Source: Trichosphaerium sp. ATCC 40318 | Taxonomy: Eukaryota; Protista; Tubulinea | Direction: 5' to 3' | Assembly (NCBI GenBank): GCA_038496445.1 | Contig: JALMLS010000207.1 | Span: 54,490 to 118,489, forward strand | Length of the DNA: 64,000 nt | In this document: positions 1 to 11,990 of the stretch, in pieces | How the letters are laid out: each line of letters starts with the position of its first letter | Position numbering within the stretch: position 1 is the stretch's first letter | Position numbers and translations under genes: made by a program | The notes under the pieces: generated by a model | Told to the model about the DNA's origin: nothing | The model's input: the letters and a program-made list of their open reading frames with translations, nothing else | Databases searched by the model: none

Positions 1-699
1 TAAAACGTTTAACACTTGTAGAAAGACCGTAATTTTAAGACAAAGTGTCTTGCCACTAATCACTTTTTGAATAGAATATTGTCAATCAAAAAATATTAGT
101 TGCCTTTAGTTGTAGTGCATCACGTTAGAAATCGCGAAAAAAGTATTTAATTAGCTGGGTAATACACAACAATGGTGCAACAACAAAAAAGACAATTTTG
201 TGATTGAAAGCGAATCGAAGGTTGATTGAATTGTGGAACTAAAGTTATTGCAAAATAGTTCTAAATCGCTTTATATTGTATGCAATGAGCATGTAAACGT
301 ATCTCTACAGACCACTTTTTTTTTGTGAGCAAGAAATACGAACTGAAAAGCGAAAACGGTTGTGAAATATTTCAAGGAGTTGTAGTGGTTACACATCCGG
401 TGGGAGCGCCTGCTGTCGGCTTTGGGAGCTGAAAATAACACCTGACAGATTATTGTGCTAGCCTTTGATCATGGCTTGTACTGTTCTTCAATGAACAAAT
501 AGTTAGTCAGTAAACTTTTTTTATTTTTTTCTTTCAACGACCAAATTGCCTTTCAATCAAAAACAATAATCCAAAAAACTATTTCCCGGTTTTAGGTTTC
601 TCCAAAAGCACGTTTTTGTTGATGGATCCATTCATAATGGAAGAACATAAGGCATGTTCTTGCTTAACGTCATGTCATTATTTGTGCTAAAAACAAAAC

Positions 700-2787
700 A
701 TGAAACTACTTGTACTTTTCTCAGTACTCTTATTTGTTACAGTACATGTACATGGCGCTTATGAACCAAATTGGGCTAGTTTAGGTAATCACGTGATTGT
801 TAAACACAAAATGAATAGTTTCTAAACCAAATGTTGTAGATGCAAGGCCTATACCCACGTGGTATGATGAAGCTAAATTTGGTACGTTGGAAAAAGTGTA
901 GTAAATGTAAGTTGACAATGTTTCTTGCTTATTTTTGTTTAGGCATCTTTATACATTGGGCGTTTATAGGTACCACTAATAAATTACTTACTCTTTACTC
1001 AACGAGAGGTTATCAATAGTGTACCGGCGTATGGCGCAGTAGGTCATTACAAGTTACCTGACCAGGGCCTTGCAGAATGGTACCAGTACAACATGCGTCA
1101 AGTCAACAGCACAGGTAACCTCCTTTCTTTCGTTTGTTTTTGGTTAATTCTTTGTAGTATGGCGTTTCCATCGTGATACCTACGGTAGCGCGTCTTATAC
1201 TGACTTTGCGCCAGAATTTAAGCCTTATCTCTGGGACCCTGAAAGGTATATTGGTTCATACTGCCGATAATTAAATATAAAATAGGTGGATGGATACTAT
1301 TCAAAAAGCAGGTGCAAAGTACGTTGTTCTTACGTCCAAACATTGCGATGGATATGCTCTATGGCCTTCTCAGCAGAAACAACATTGGAACGCCATGGAC
1401 GTCGGCCCACGTGCGTGAGAAAAGTATATTCAAGGATTTCTTTGTTGTTAAGTTGAAACAGAAAGAGATTTGGTTGGACCTATTATGGATGCAGCAACAA
1501 AGCGTGGTATACATAGAGGGTTGTATTATTGTAACTATGAATGGTATAACGATGATTTACTTAGTAGTCAACCGCATAATTACATCACAAACGTATGCGA
1601 ACGCTTAATTGTTTGACCAGAAAATTAACCTTTTTTTAGACGTGGCTGCCGATGTACAAGGACGTCATTAGTACATATAAACCTGATGTTATTTGGGCTG
1701 ATTATCCTATTAATCACCCGTCTTCTTGGTGGAATAGTACTGATTTATTGGCGTGGATGTATAACGAATCACCAGTGAAAGACAGCATTGTAACAAATGA
1801 CAACTGGGGCACTGACACTCATGGTAAGCATGGCGGTTTTTACGTTAGCGAGGTAAGTCCATAATTACGGAATACTTCATTCTAAGCTAACATGTACCAG
1901 TCTGGTCGCGGTCATGAACCCTTGGATCATAAGTGGGAGTATAACAGGTACAACTTTTTATAAAACAAAGTATTTTTCTGATGATTGTTTTTAGAGGACT
2001 TGCTTTGTCTTTCGGATACAACCGTCAGGAAAATGTGTGCACCTCTCTGCTACAATTCGATTGTCTATTAGTTTACGTTATAATTAGGTGACTCTTTATG
2101 CAACAGCACAAGAGCTTATAACACTGCTTGTTAATACAGGTAAACTCAGATATCCAGTAATAGTTTTTTCTTAGTTCTGCTTAGTTGCTCACAACGGGAA
2201 TCTGCTTCTAAATGTTGGTGAGATCTAGAAAACGGTTATTTTATTTACAAGCTTACGTTTATCTCCAAGGACCTACTGCAGATGGTCGCATAGATGACTT
2301 ACAAGCTGAGAGAATTCTCGAAATTGGATCTTGGTTGAAAATAAACGGCGAGGCGATTTATGGAACAAAGATTTACTCTACTCAAAAAGAATTGAACCAA
2401 AATATTTGGTACACACAAAAGAAAAGTGAATCAACAGTATACGGGTTTATACAGGAATGGCCAGAAAGTGAGTGACATGAACAAAACTGTTTTTCCTTTT
2501 CAATTCTCAAACTTTTCTCATTTGCCTTCTTCAATGTTGTTGACTGTATAAACTTTAGGCGGTATTGTTTCCTTTCCTAGCATAGAAGAAAAACCAACCC
2601 AGGTATTATTATTTGGATACGAGAATCCACTTGAATTCAAGATTGAGTCTAAAGGTATGTTCAAGTAGACAGTTGTTTCCACTCAACTAGTACATTTATC
2701 TTACTAATAGGTATCTCCGTCTCACTACCTCCTTTTGAACCAAGCCTTTTATCACACATGTGGGCTTTTTCAATTAAATACGTTTGA
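700..2787 (+). CDS. FUCA: Secreted/lysosomal alpha-L-fucosidase (GH29), multi-exon
   Basis: Spliced translation gives a signal peptide [19 protein letters not shown], then [80 protein letters not shown] and [12 protein letters not shown]. These are classic GH29 motifs. One G appears to be missing at ~958-960. Confidence 0.95.
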
Positions 2788-2988
2788 TTAACTCAACAAT
2801 ATACAGTGGTGATAAACTGTTGATAGCTCTTTGTAATAAAAGTATAAAGATAACACTGAGAATCAATTGGAACGTTTTTATTTCTTAACTTGATGACGTG
2901 TATTAAGTTTGGCATTTGATACAGTCTATTGCTTATCTTGTGATCGTTCACTTTGAATACAGCAATATATTGTTTGCTTTTTGTGGTG

Positions 2989-4172
2989 TTATGCTTGCTC
3001 TGGTGGCTTGCAATAATACCCCAACGGAACATCAAGTAAGTATACATTATATCCGCGAAAATACCTATCAGTGACAAGTGCAGCGTCCTCACCAATTCTA
3101 AAGTAAGGCGAATCTTCTCCAGAACCCATTGCCTGCCCAGAATGCTTTTGTAGAAACAGTTGACCATCCATTGGCCAAAATATTGTTTGCTGGTCCTAGT
3201 ACATTATATTAATATCACGTGGTGGAGTTACATCAAAAAAACACCAGCACCAGTAACAACTCTTCAATCAATTTTTTTGGAACGAACAAAATTTAGGCTA
3301 CTGTGCTGGCACGTGCAAAACGGTAAAAAGGCATAGGAAAGTCTTATTAATACTGATAATAATAGTAATACCTGGATCATAAAAATGCCACGAAAACGCG
3401 TTGTAGCATCTATCCCAATCTTGGAGAGTACCATTACAAAACTGTTTTATCAATTCATTCAAATGTATGATACAATTTGTTTGCACAGTTGTAATTGATT
3501 GCGCAAAGAGCGCTTTTAACTTTACCACGTCTTGTTCTCTATTACCTGAAAACTTGGAGAGTAGTTATTCTTACACCCCAATTTAGTCAACCCATGAATG
3601 ATAACACCAACATCCCAAGAGGTTCCTTTCTCTGTAATAAAATCTGATAGGACTTGTATTCTTTGTGGAAATTGCAAGTCGTCTATATCAAAAAAGATGA
3701 TCCACTTTACTTCTTCGTCATCCCTCAGTGTTGTAGCCGCCTTATTCCTATTTTCTCCAGCAGTGTACCCTTGTTTATGAACCAAAACATTTATAGCTAC
3801 TCCAGAAATTGAACGGTTAAACGTTGACAAGATTTCCGTAAAATCCTCTTGGTTGTGAATGCACGTGTTAAGGTGAGAAATACTAAAGACTATTCTACCT
3901 GGTAGTGTAGTAGATAACGTAGTGATAGTAAAAAGTACTCTTCTGAAGTAATACAGAGTACTATCATCACATTTTGCGCCTATTATTTGGGCAAACATGG
4001 TTATAACTGTTTTTTCTGTTATGACCATTGGTTTTTCTTTTACCTTTGTAATAATAGTTGTGGTTGTAACTGTATTGTTGGGAATTTGTACCATGATGTA
4101 TATAATAAAGAAAACGTTCAATATCAGGCACAGTATACCAGTTATTTTTATTGATAAGATAAACTTTGTCAT
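2989..4172 (-). CDS. Type II membrane GT-A-fold (GT2-like) glycosyltransferase, with frameshifts
   Basis: N-terminal TM segment (ITGILCLILNVFFIIYIMV), Thr-rich stem, AGENRN motif, FFDIDD DxD motif, and a C-terminal GEDA motif in the 2989..3171 ORF. The frame is split across several ORFs by frameshifts and/or an intron. Confidence 0.6.
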
Positions 4173-5121
4173 GACAGATGATTTGGTTTGTAGTTCGTTT
4201 GAATATTGTTGAAAAAACACGTGATGTCTGGCGTTGCACATTAGAGTGTTTCGAAGTTTTGGCCAGTAAAACCGTCTTAGCAAAGAGATCAAGGTGTGTA
4301 GGCAACTTTCAAACTTGAGGAGATAAAAGATCTTACTAGAGTTCATATATGTGGCAGATCCAACCATCATCGGAGTAGTCTGAATAAGACCGATATTCAC
4401 TAGCATCATGTTAAAGGGTACTGGTCTAGCAGTGAGCGTAAAGGTGTCCGTTAAGGTATTTTAGGTTCCTAAATCGTGGCGAAGATAATATCTTTGGTGC
4501 GTGAGTATATCTCCTTTTCTACATTATCTAATTACTTGTGTAGTAAATCACTACCTTTATAGATGTATTAGGTAACGATAATACTGTATTACAAGTTGCA
4601 GATGTCACACCAGAATCAGTACACGATTTCGTAGTCTATACCTTGGTAAGTTCTTTTAGACAATCATTCACGCTAATGTTCTCCGAATCTGTCAGTAAAA
4701 AATACAGCCAAAGTTACCGTTGAAGAGGGCCAAGTGGCAGATTACTATACATGTAACGTACCAGTACGAATAAAAGTATGTTTGGACTTGCATACTATAG
4801 CACAAGGGCCTACACCAACTGATTCTGGCTTCTGGGTAAGCTGTTTAAGAAAATTAAGAAAACAAGAAAGCAATTCTATCACTTGTTCTCGTTTGACGTT
4901 GTTGTTCGCCTGGATGTGAGGTAAAGATTTACATTAAAAAAAGAAGGATTAAAGAATTAAATCAATAAAAGCTTAACTTCATAACGTGGACACTTTTTGC
5001 CTAGCTAAAGTTTGTTTTATTTTTTTTTTTGAGTTTTTTGGTAAAAGAACTTCGTTCTTCTTTTTCTTTCGCTTTGTTATTGTTATACCAATAAATATTC
5101 GTTAAATAAGTCCTCCCGTTT

Positions 5122-7701
5122 TTACATGCCTTGAGGGTTTCCACGTTGAGGTCTAAACTCAATCTCTTTGTCTGCTGGGAAGTCAATACTGTAAGAAATC
5201 TTTGCGCGTATTTCTTTTCCTGGAGCGATTTCACAACGGGTCTTAAGTAAGCTGTATGCGTCAATACTGACGTTTGGATCGGATTTAGAAGGCTCTTCAA
5301 GCTTTACTTTAATACCATTTGTAGATGAGAAAGGTAATTGGAAGAAAACCAATACAGCAACCTGTAAACAAAAGTAACAATTAAAACTATCGCAGCTTTG
5401 GGATTTTTATACTCACGTCTTCTGATTTGCAATTCTTAATCACTGCAGTTCTCGTAGTTGTTTCATGTTTAGTCTTTGTAAACATACCACCCTTTCCTTT
5501 GTTGGAGACAGTTGGCTAAAATGGTGTTAGCATTGACATGGCATAAAACCTTAAAATAGCAATTCTTTGAGTAAAATCCTTTCGGTTAAAGCTGGGACCA
5601 GCAGTCGTCTATCTCGATTCTTACCTTGCAATCTACCTTAATACCATTGTCGACTCCCAGGTATAATTTAAATGTTGCTCCGGGTTGAGTGTTCTTAAGA
5701 GTAGTGTAAGCTTTGGCGTGATATAAAAGTGACGAACCAAAAGCCTCGAATTAGCAACGAAAAAGTTATCAACGAATACGTTCATCTTGCCATCAAGTAA
5801 TTGGTATGCACTCATGTTGGTAGCTACAGCTTTGTAGTAAGCATTATTACTCTTAGTAGGAACCTATACACAAACCATTAGAGCCACAAAATACCAGAAC
5901 ACCCAAAAGGAAAATAATAAGAAAGTACAACTACTTACCACAACATATTCAAATCTAGCGTCTAGCTCGATAAAAGCAACTGTTACTTTATGAGGTTTAT
6001 TATCAGACTCAATAGTAGACTTTCTAACAATCCAGGTTAATGCAAGCACAGGATAAAAATAAAACTAATTTCTTTGATTACCTTCTAATTTGATATGTTG
6101 CACTAGTAGCGCCAGCTTCAACGCCAGCTGTGAGCAGGTTTGGTTTCTTTTCTTCAATTGCTTTCCCTCTTGCTTGTGGAGGAGGTGCTGCCGCAATAGA
6201 TGCTTCAGACATGCTGTCCATCGATGATTCATCGGAGTACATCTCTACTACGGAGCTTCTTCTCTGAAGTTGTTTGCTGGCAAAGAAATCACTCCTTTCA
6301 GTCTTCCAATCTACCTTGAGTGGTACCAACAAAGGAGGCTCGCCGCCAATGGAAGGTACAGCAGTAGAAAGGAACAAATCAATCTGTAACAAGCAGGTTA
6401 AAATAATTTTAGAGGATTGCACTTTTCTTACATTGTCCCAATTTTCTCCTGTTGTATTTGTGATCATTGCGTTGTATACAAGTCCAATAGTTTTTTGTTT
6501 ACTATCCACTCTAGCATCGTATACACTTTCCCAACTTGCTCCAAGTATGACGTAGGACAAGAGTAATGATACCTATTGCGTTGTAAGGCTCTAGGAAACT
6601 TTCGGTTCACGTACTTTTCCGGTTTTCTGAGCAGCAAGAGAAATGGTTACTTGAGACTTATCTCCTTCGGCGATAGGTCTCTTTCTTTTAATCTCATCGT
6701 TAATGTCCTTTATTTGTTTATCCAAATCTATAGCGGGTATGAGAAGATAATTTTCTTAGTAAAACCAGAAAATTCACAAATATTTGTAAAAAAAAGTACA
6801 AAGTAAGTTAAAGAGACAAGTACCTTCGTTCTTAGCTTGTAGCGCAAAATCCAAGTTATCAAGACGTTCTAACTCAGTCTTGTAAAAAGCCATAAACTCA
6901 CGTGCTGTTTCAATAGAAATAGGAGAAGATGCGACGACACCATCTTTGGAAGTAGGACTAAGAAGATTGGTTGAATAGCTTTCAACCCATTTTTTTTCTT
7001 TCTAAGGTTTTTGTGTTAACACAAACTGACGTGTTTATATTTTATCTCTGGAGGACGAACCTTGATGCGATTGCTTTCAGCTGAGAGTTTTGAACGTGCT
7101 TTCGATAATTCTTTTTTCTTCTCTCTGAGTGGTAGGTTTTCTGTGTTTATTTGGTCTTTAGGCACCTCCACGCGTTTTGATCTCTCATAAGATACCTTTT
7201 AAAGCCATCAGAGAATAAACCGTTAAAGACTTTAACCAACCAACGTACCTCAAGAATAATCCTCTTCTTATCTCCCCCACGCACGCTGATACTATCCTTT
7301 CTTATTATAGCTAGTATTGATGAGTTTTGGTGACTTTAATCTATAAAAGCCAGTACCTTCAGTCAGCATGTTATGAACTACGATATCTTGGATACCTGAG
7401 CAAGCGTAAGCGATTGCCAGTCTGAAGAAAGAGAATAGTACAACGCACCTTCTTTCTCAATGTCAATGTCTATTTTACGCGTTATCTCTGCTCTGTCGGC
7501 GTATACGGTGACTTTGCTAATAGGGCATTCATCTGTGCTTGTTTTATGAATAATGCCTGTTGGTTCTTGATCCCATAGGTTGTATTCTTCGCTTGATTGT
7601 TGTTTTACTTTTGGAGTGTCACCAGAAACGGTATTCTTGCGAGAACTCTTTTTACGCTTGCTATGCTTCTTATCACTCTTTGTGGACTTGGATTCGGCCA
7701 T
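5122..7701 (-). CDS. DUF4140/DUF4139 domain protein (MuiA/F37C4.5-like), multi-exon
   Basis: ISKVTVYADRAEITR (DUF4140), a coiled coil, then LSYVILGASWESVYDARV...NTTGENWDNIDLFLSTAVP, STIESDNKPHKVTV and AYQLLDGKMNVFVDNFFV (DUF4139). Confidence 0.9.
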
Positions 7702-8862
7702 TGTAACTCTTGTTGAATACAAATGAGACTGACTGACGGTGGAATCTTAAGTCAGTTGAAAACCGAAAAGTTTGGCGCTCAAAATCCTAGCGAAAAAACA
7801 GGCCAAACTCACTTGATCAAATACAATAATGACGTCTCAGCAGGTATACGTTGGGGAAGGGAGTAATCTGACAACCATTGGAAAATTTCAATGCACCAGA
7901 AACGTCACATCTAAAAACCAAATCTCGCGTTTCTTAAAACCAGGTTTTCAAATAAAAGCTACGAACCATTATAAGTATCGTTGATTTTTGTTCCGCACGT
8001 CACCTTTCACGTCAGTATAAAAAGCCGTAAAATGTTGATGCTCAAAAGGAAAGTTGCTTCGTTCGCCTAACCAAACTTGTGTGAGAAGTTTAAGGACTTA
8101 AAAAATGAAAAAATCACTGATACTTTTTGCCATTTTTATTTATGGGCGCAGGACTTCACTGTAATAGTAGCAGGAAACCAAGTGGTAAAATGTGGTCCAT
8201 AAAACAGCTTTTTCTCGAATATTGTTCGAACCACTGCATGTTCTGAATACATACACTGCTACCGGAAGTAGAAATAATCGATTAGGTTAGGAAACATACT
8301 TACAACAGCTTTGTTTCGTGTATAAAATCCACGCTGAGGTTCATATGAATTTTGTTTTGTGCACTAAAATCAGTAACTCCTTTGGCAAAGGTTAGCGTTG
8401 TGTAACAAGTTTATGTTTATTTTTCGCTAGTAGTTTACTTTGGTATGTGTTTTGAGTCCAGTAATCATACCTTCTGTTGTATTTTACCAAGTTGAATGCC
8501 TCATTCTTGGCTGAAAAACCTCACCAACGCAACTGCTATTTTACAATAAGCACTGAACTTGTTGCAATCGCATAGATGTAAATAAGAAGTGAGATATTAG
8601 AGATATACTAAAACACCTACCGAGCATTTTTTCTACAAGAACTCAGGTTGAGGTCTTGGCCTGACGGAAAGCGAAATGTTCTACTTTCCTTCCGCTCTTC
8701 GAATCTTTTTGAACAAAGGCAAACAAATTCGAATATTACAGCCTGAGGAATAATTGTTTAGACCTAAGCCAGTAAAGGGCACCTGAAAACCAATGCAAAG
8801 AGGTATCAGTCTGTTCAATGCGATACTGGACGCCGGAATATTTGTAGCAGTAGTAATTTTAT

Positions 8863-9678
8863 TTACTTTTTTTTTGTTAGTTTATAGTTTTTTTTACAAT
8901 GTAGCGACAACTGTTGAAAACTTTGGTGAACATTTCTGCTATCATAAGCACTGACTTCTTTGTATAATACTTTATTCTTCTTTGCCCATCTCTTAGCCTG
9001 TTTTTTCGTCACTCGCCGTATATCTTCTTCATCTGTTTTATTTCCGACAAGAATAATGGGAACTTTTCGTCGTGATGCCTGTGCTTGAAGTATAGAATAA
9101 TGCAAGTACTTAGCTTCTGTAAAAGAGGAGTAATCTGTGATATCCTAGGAGGAAAAAGGATTAGAACATGTGAACTTCATATGAAAGAAACGTGACAGGG
9201 CAAATGTTTTTTTTTTATCACGTGATATTTTTCATTTGAGCTAAGGTTTTGAAAGGATAGGCTGTACTTACGTAGACAATCATGAAAGAACAACCACAAG
9301 AAATAGCCGCTTGTCTTACATTCTTTAAGTTTGAAGAGCTCGGTGTATCCCAGATATCCAATACGTGATGATCGCCCTCTTTCTTTGAGACCTTTATTTT
9401 AACAAGGTATTGTTTACCAACTGTAGGTTCTAATGAAAAGAAACTGTTAGAACATTAGAGTAAGTACACGGGATGATTTCAAGCGGAAATTAGAAAATAA
9501 AGATTAACACGTACCATGCTCGGAAGGAAACTCTGAGCTATAAACACGTTGTATAAGTGCTGATTTTCCTGCAGAAAAAAGTTAGCCGCGTTCTACATTC
9601 TCCATAGTTTTCCGAAAACTTACCTACGCATGTAGCACCTACGACTACTACTCTATTACGGAATAATTCTTTGGACAT
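8863..9678 (-). CDS. Atypical Ras-superfamily small GTPase (4 exons, no CaaX)
   Basis: Spliced: RVVVVGATCVGKSALI (G1), EPTV (G2), LDIWDTPS (degenerate G3), IILVGNKTD (G4), EVSAY (G5). Ends KLTKKK*. Confidence 0.9.
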
Positions 9679-10762
9679 CAGGATATGTTGATTGTGTGTA
9701 GAATGATGAAACTAAAAATTGTTTTCCCCTATTAATTAATTAATTACAAGTCGGTTTTCTGAATCGGCGAAACCCCGTAAATCTCGGCCCTCTTTTACAC
9801 GATTAAACTATATTGAGGTATGTTACTATACTTTTTTACTAAAATTTGTGATTTCACGTGAACATGAGAGGCAGGGAGAGGAAGGGAGATAAAGGTAAAA
9901 AATCACGTGATACCACTTAGCACCGGTCAACGTGAATCGTTTTTATGAACGTAGGGCATGGTGTAAATAAAGACATAGTGTTGTCAGAGTGGTACCTTCG
10001 AGGAAACAAACCACAAAGAGGCGCGGATTGTTGGTCGAAAGTTTCTCGGCAGCAACTTAATGTTTTGAGATAACGCCACATGCTCTCATGAAGCAAAACT
10101 TTCAAAGTTGTATTGTTGCCCTTGCTTCATTAGGCTCTTGGAGAATCAAAGGCGGTTGGCAGAAATAATTTTCTTTGATTCTATCTTCACACAAGTGAAA
10201 GAAAAAATAAAAAAAAGGCAAAGCGAAAAGTAACCAGAAAACTTTTGTTTGTTAATTCTAAGCTATACGCACGTGTTTACAAATATGTCGTAGTCGGCTT
10301 TTAGTTGAACTAGTCTATGGTTTTCACGTCGTATTATTCTGGCCTACAATACGCTACAGGTCTATACTACTGCTATTTAAAATGATTTCGCGACACGTGG
10401 CCAAGGTGTCAATCTACGAACTCACACATTAAGCCATTTTTTTTGAGCTATATTTTTACGGTAAACGAACAACTGCAAAAAAGTCAAACTTGGCTTCTAT
10501 AGGTAATTGTTGACCACCAAAACAAGTTCTCTTGTAGGTACATCGCTACACCGTGTTAAACTAATTCTGAAGATTAAGTCTTTACTATTTCTTGTAATTG
10601 AAGTGGACATTTTGTTACACCGACAGTGTCTTGTGGACTCATCAACTATTGCTTAGAACACAAGATAACTTGATTGCGGTGAACTCAACTTTTTGATTTG
10701 TAATTTAAAGACACGCAATGTTTCCGCCACTACAACCCAATAACAATTTTCTCAATTTGAAC

Positions 10763-11593
10763 CTATCCAAAAAATCCACCTGACTCGTCTGAGTCTACCT
10801 CTAGAGGCAGATCCCATTCTCCAACATTGGATGGGTCAAGCCATCCTAGCATATATGTTCCTTCAGCATAGTTTGCATAGTCATAACATAAAACCTCTAG
10901 CATCTCAGCGTAGTGTATTTCTGAATCAAACATCCTATCATAATGATCTGGCGTTCTCCACCAACCATCCTCAAAACCACCCCAATAATAGTCAACAGCA
11001 ACAAAACCAGAGTTGTGAACAACGATACCCAGTCGTTGTAGTGGTTTAGGAGAATCAAAACACTTTCTAGAGCAATCGAAGCAAATCCTCTCGACATCAA
11101 GTCCACGAGATAAAGGATGATAAAAATGTGATTTCTCAGCGTTACAAATAGCGCATGGGTCATCTTCTTTATAGACTTCAGTTTCTGAGACATCTACTAT
11201 CTCTTGTAGTCTTGTAGACATATACCCATCTTCAGACGCAAACTGGTCCCATAGGGAGTCTGTGTACTTCATTTGGGTGCCATAATCATAACACAGGACG
11301 AGTTTGTATTGTTTACGTCTAACGCTCTCCAACAACCTTGGCCTGAGCTTTTGCATTACGTACAGTACTACAGCGTCTTTTAAGAACCATTCTTGGCCAA
11401 GTGTTGATTGTTTGATGGTATTACACAAATGGTTATTTACACAAAGCATACGCACAATCGCAGGCGGCTCGTCTTGTACCAACAAGTCTAACAGCAAGAA
11501 AATGATATCTGCTGGAATATTTCCTAAACTCCATGCTTCTTCTTCTGTACACTCTTGTCGCATTTTAAAATGCGTAGAACTAGTACTGGACAT
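10763..11593 (-). CDS. Intronless F-box-like / CxxC-CxxC protein, paralogue A
   Basis: 276-aa ORF with F-box-like LGNIPADIIFLLLDLL...RMLCVN and CAIC...CFDC. Paralogue of 25398..26237. Confidence 0.75.
   Translation of the reverse strand: MSSTSSTHFKMRQECTEEEAWSLGNIPADIIFLLLDLLVQDEPPAIVRMLCVNNHLCNTIKQSTLGQEWFLKDAVVLYVMQKLRPRLLESVRRKQYKLVLCYDYGTQMKYTDSLWDQFASEDGYMSTRLQEIVDVSETEVYKEDDPCAICNAEKSHFYHPLSRGLDVERICFDCSRKCFDSPKPLQRLGIVVHNSGFVAVDYYWGGFEDGWWRTPDHYDRMFDSEIHYAEMLEVLCYDYANYAEGTYMLGWLDPSNVGEWDLPLEVDSDESGGFFG
11372..11555 (-). repeat. 184-bp inverted repeat arm (partner 25454..25637)
   Basis: The reverse complement matches 25454..25637 with two synonymous mismatches. Confidence 0.9.
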
Positions 11594-11990
11594 GGTGTTT
11601 ACGTAAATAGAACAATTTAAACTAAGAAAAGACCGCTACTTTCACGCACAGTTTTAACATTATTCTCTGAACTTGTGTCAACTTCTTTATTGTTCGTAGT
11701 ACCATCGTAATGAACCTAATGCACCAATCATTGTATTAAGGCTTGCGACTAGTTGTGAAATATGTTATGTGAATGAGACTATTGACAATAAAACGATTGG
11801 TTCTCAGGAATATGGTTTTTTTCTAACTACGCCGTTTAGAACCTTTAATGAAACTGTCTTCAGTATATAACATTAACAGTATTTGTGTGGCGATATCTGC
11901 AAACAAGGTGGTAGGCTACAATAACTCGGTACATCGTAACACTTCAAATCATACATTTATTCTCTAAGAACCTAGGTGCTTGACAAACAT

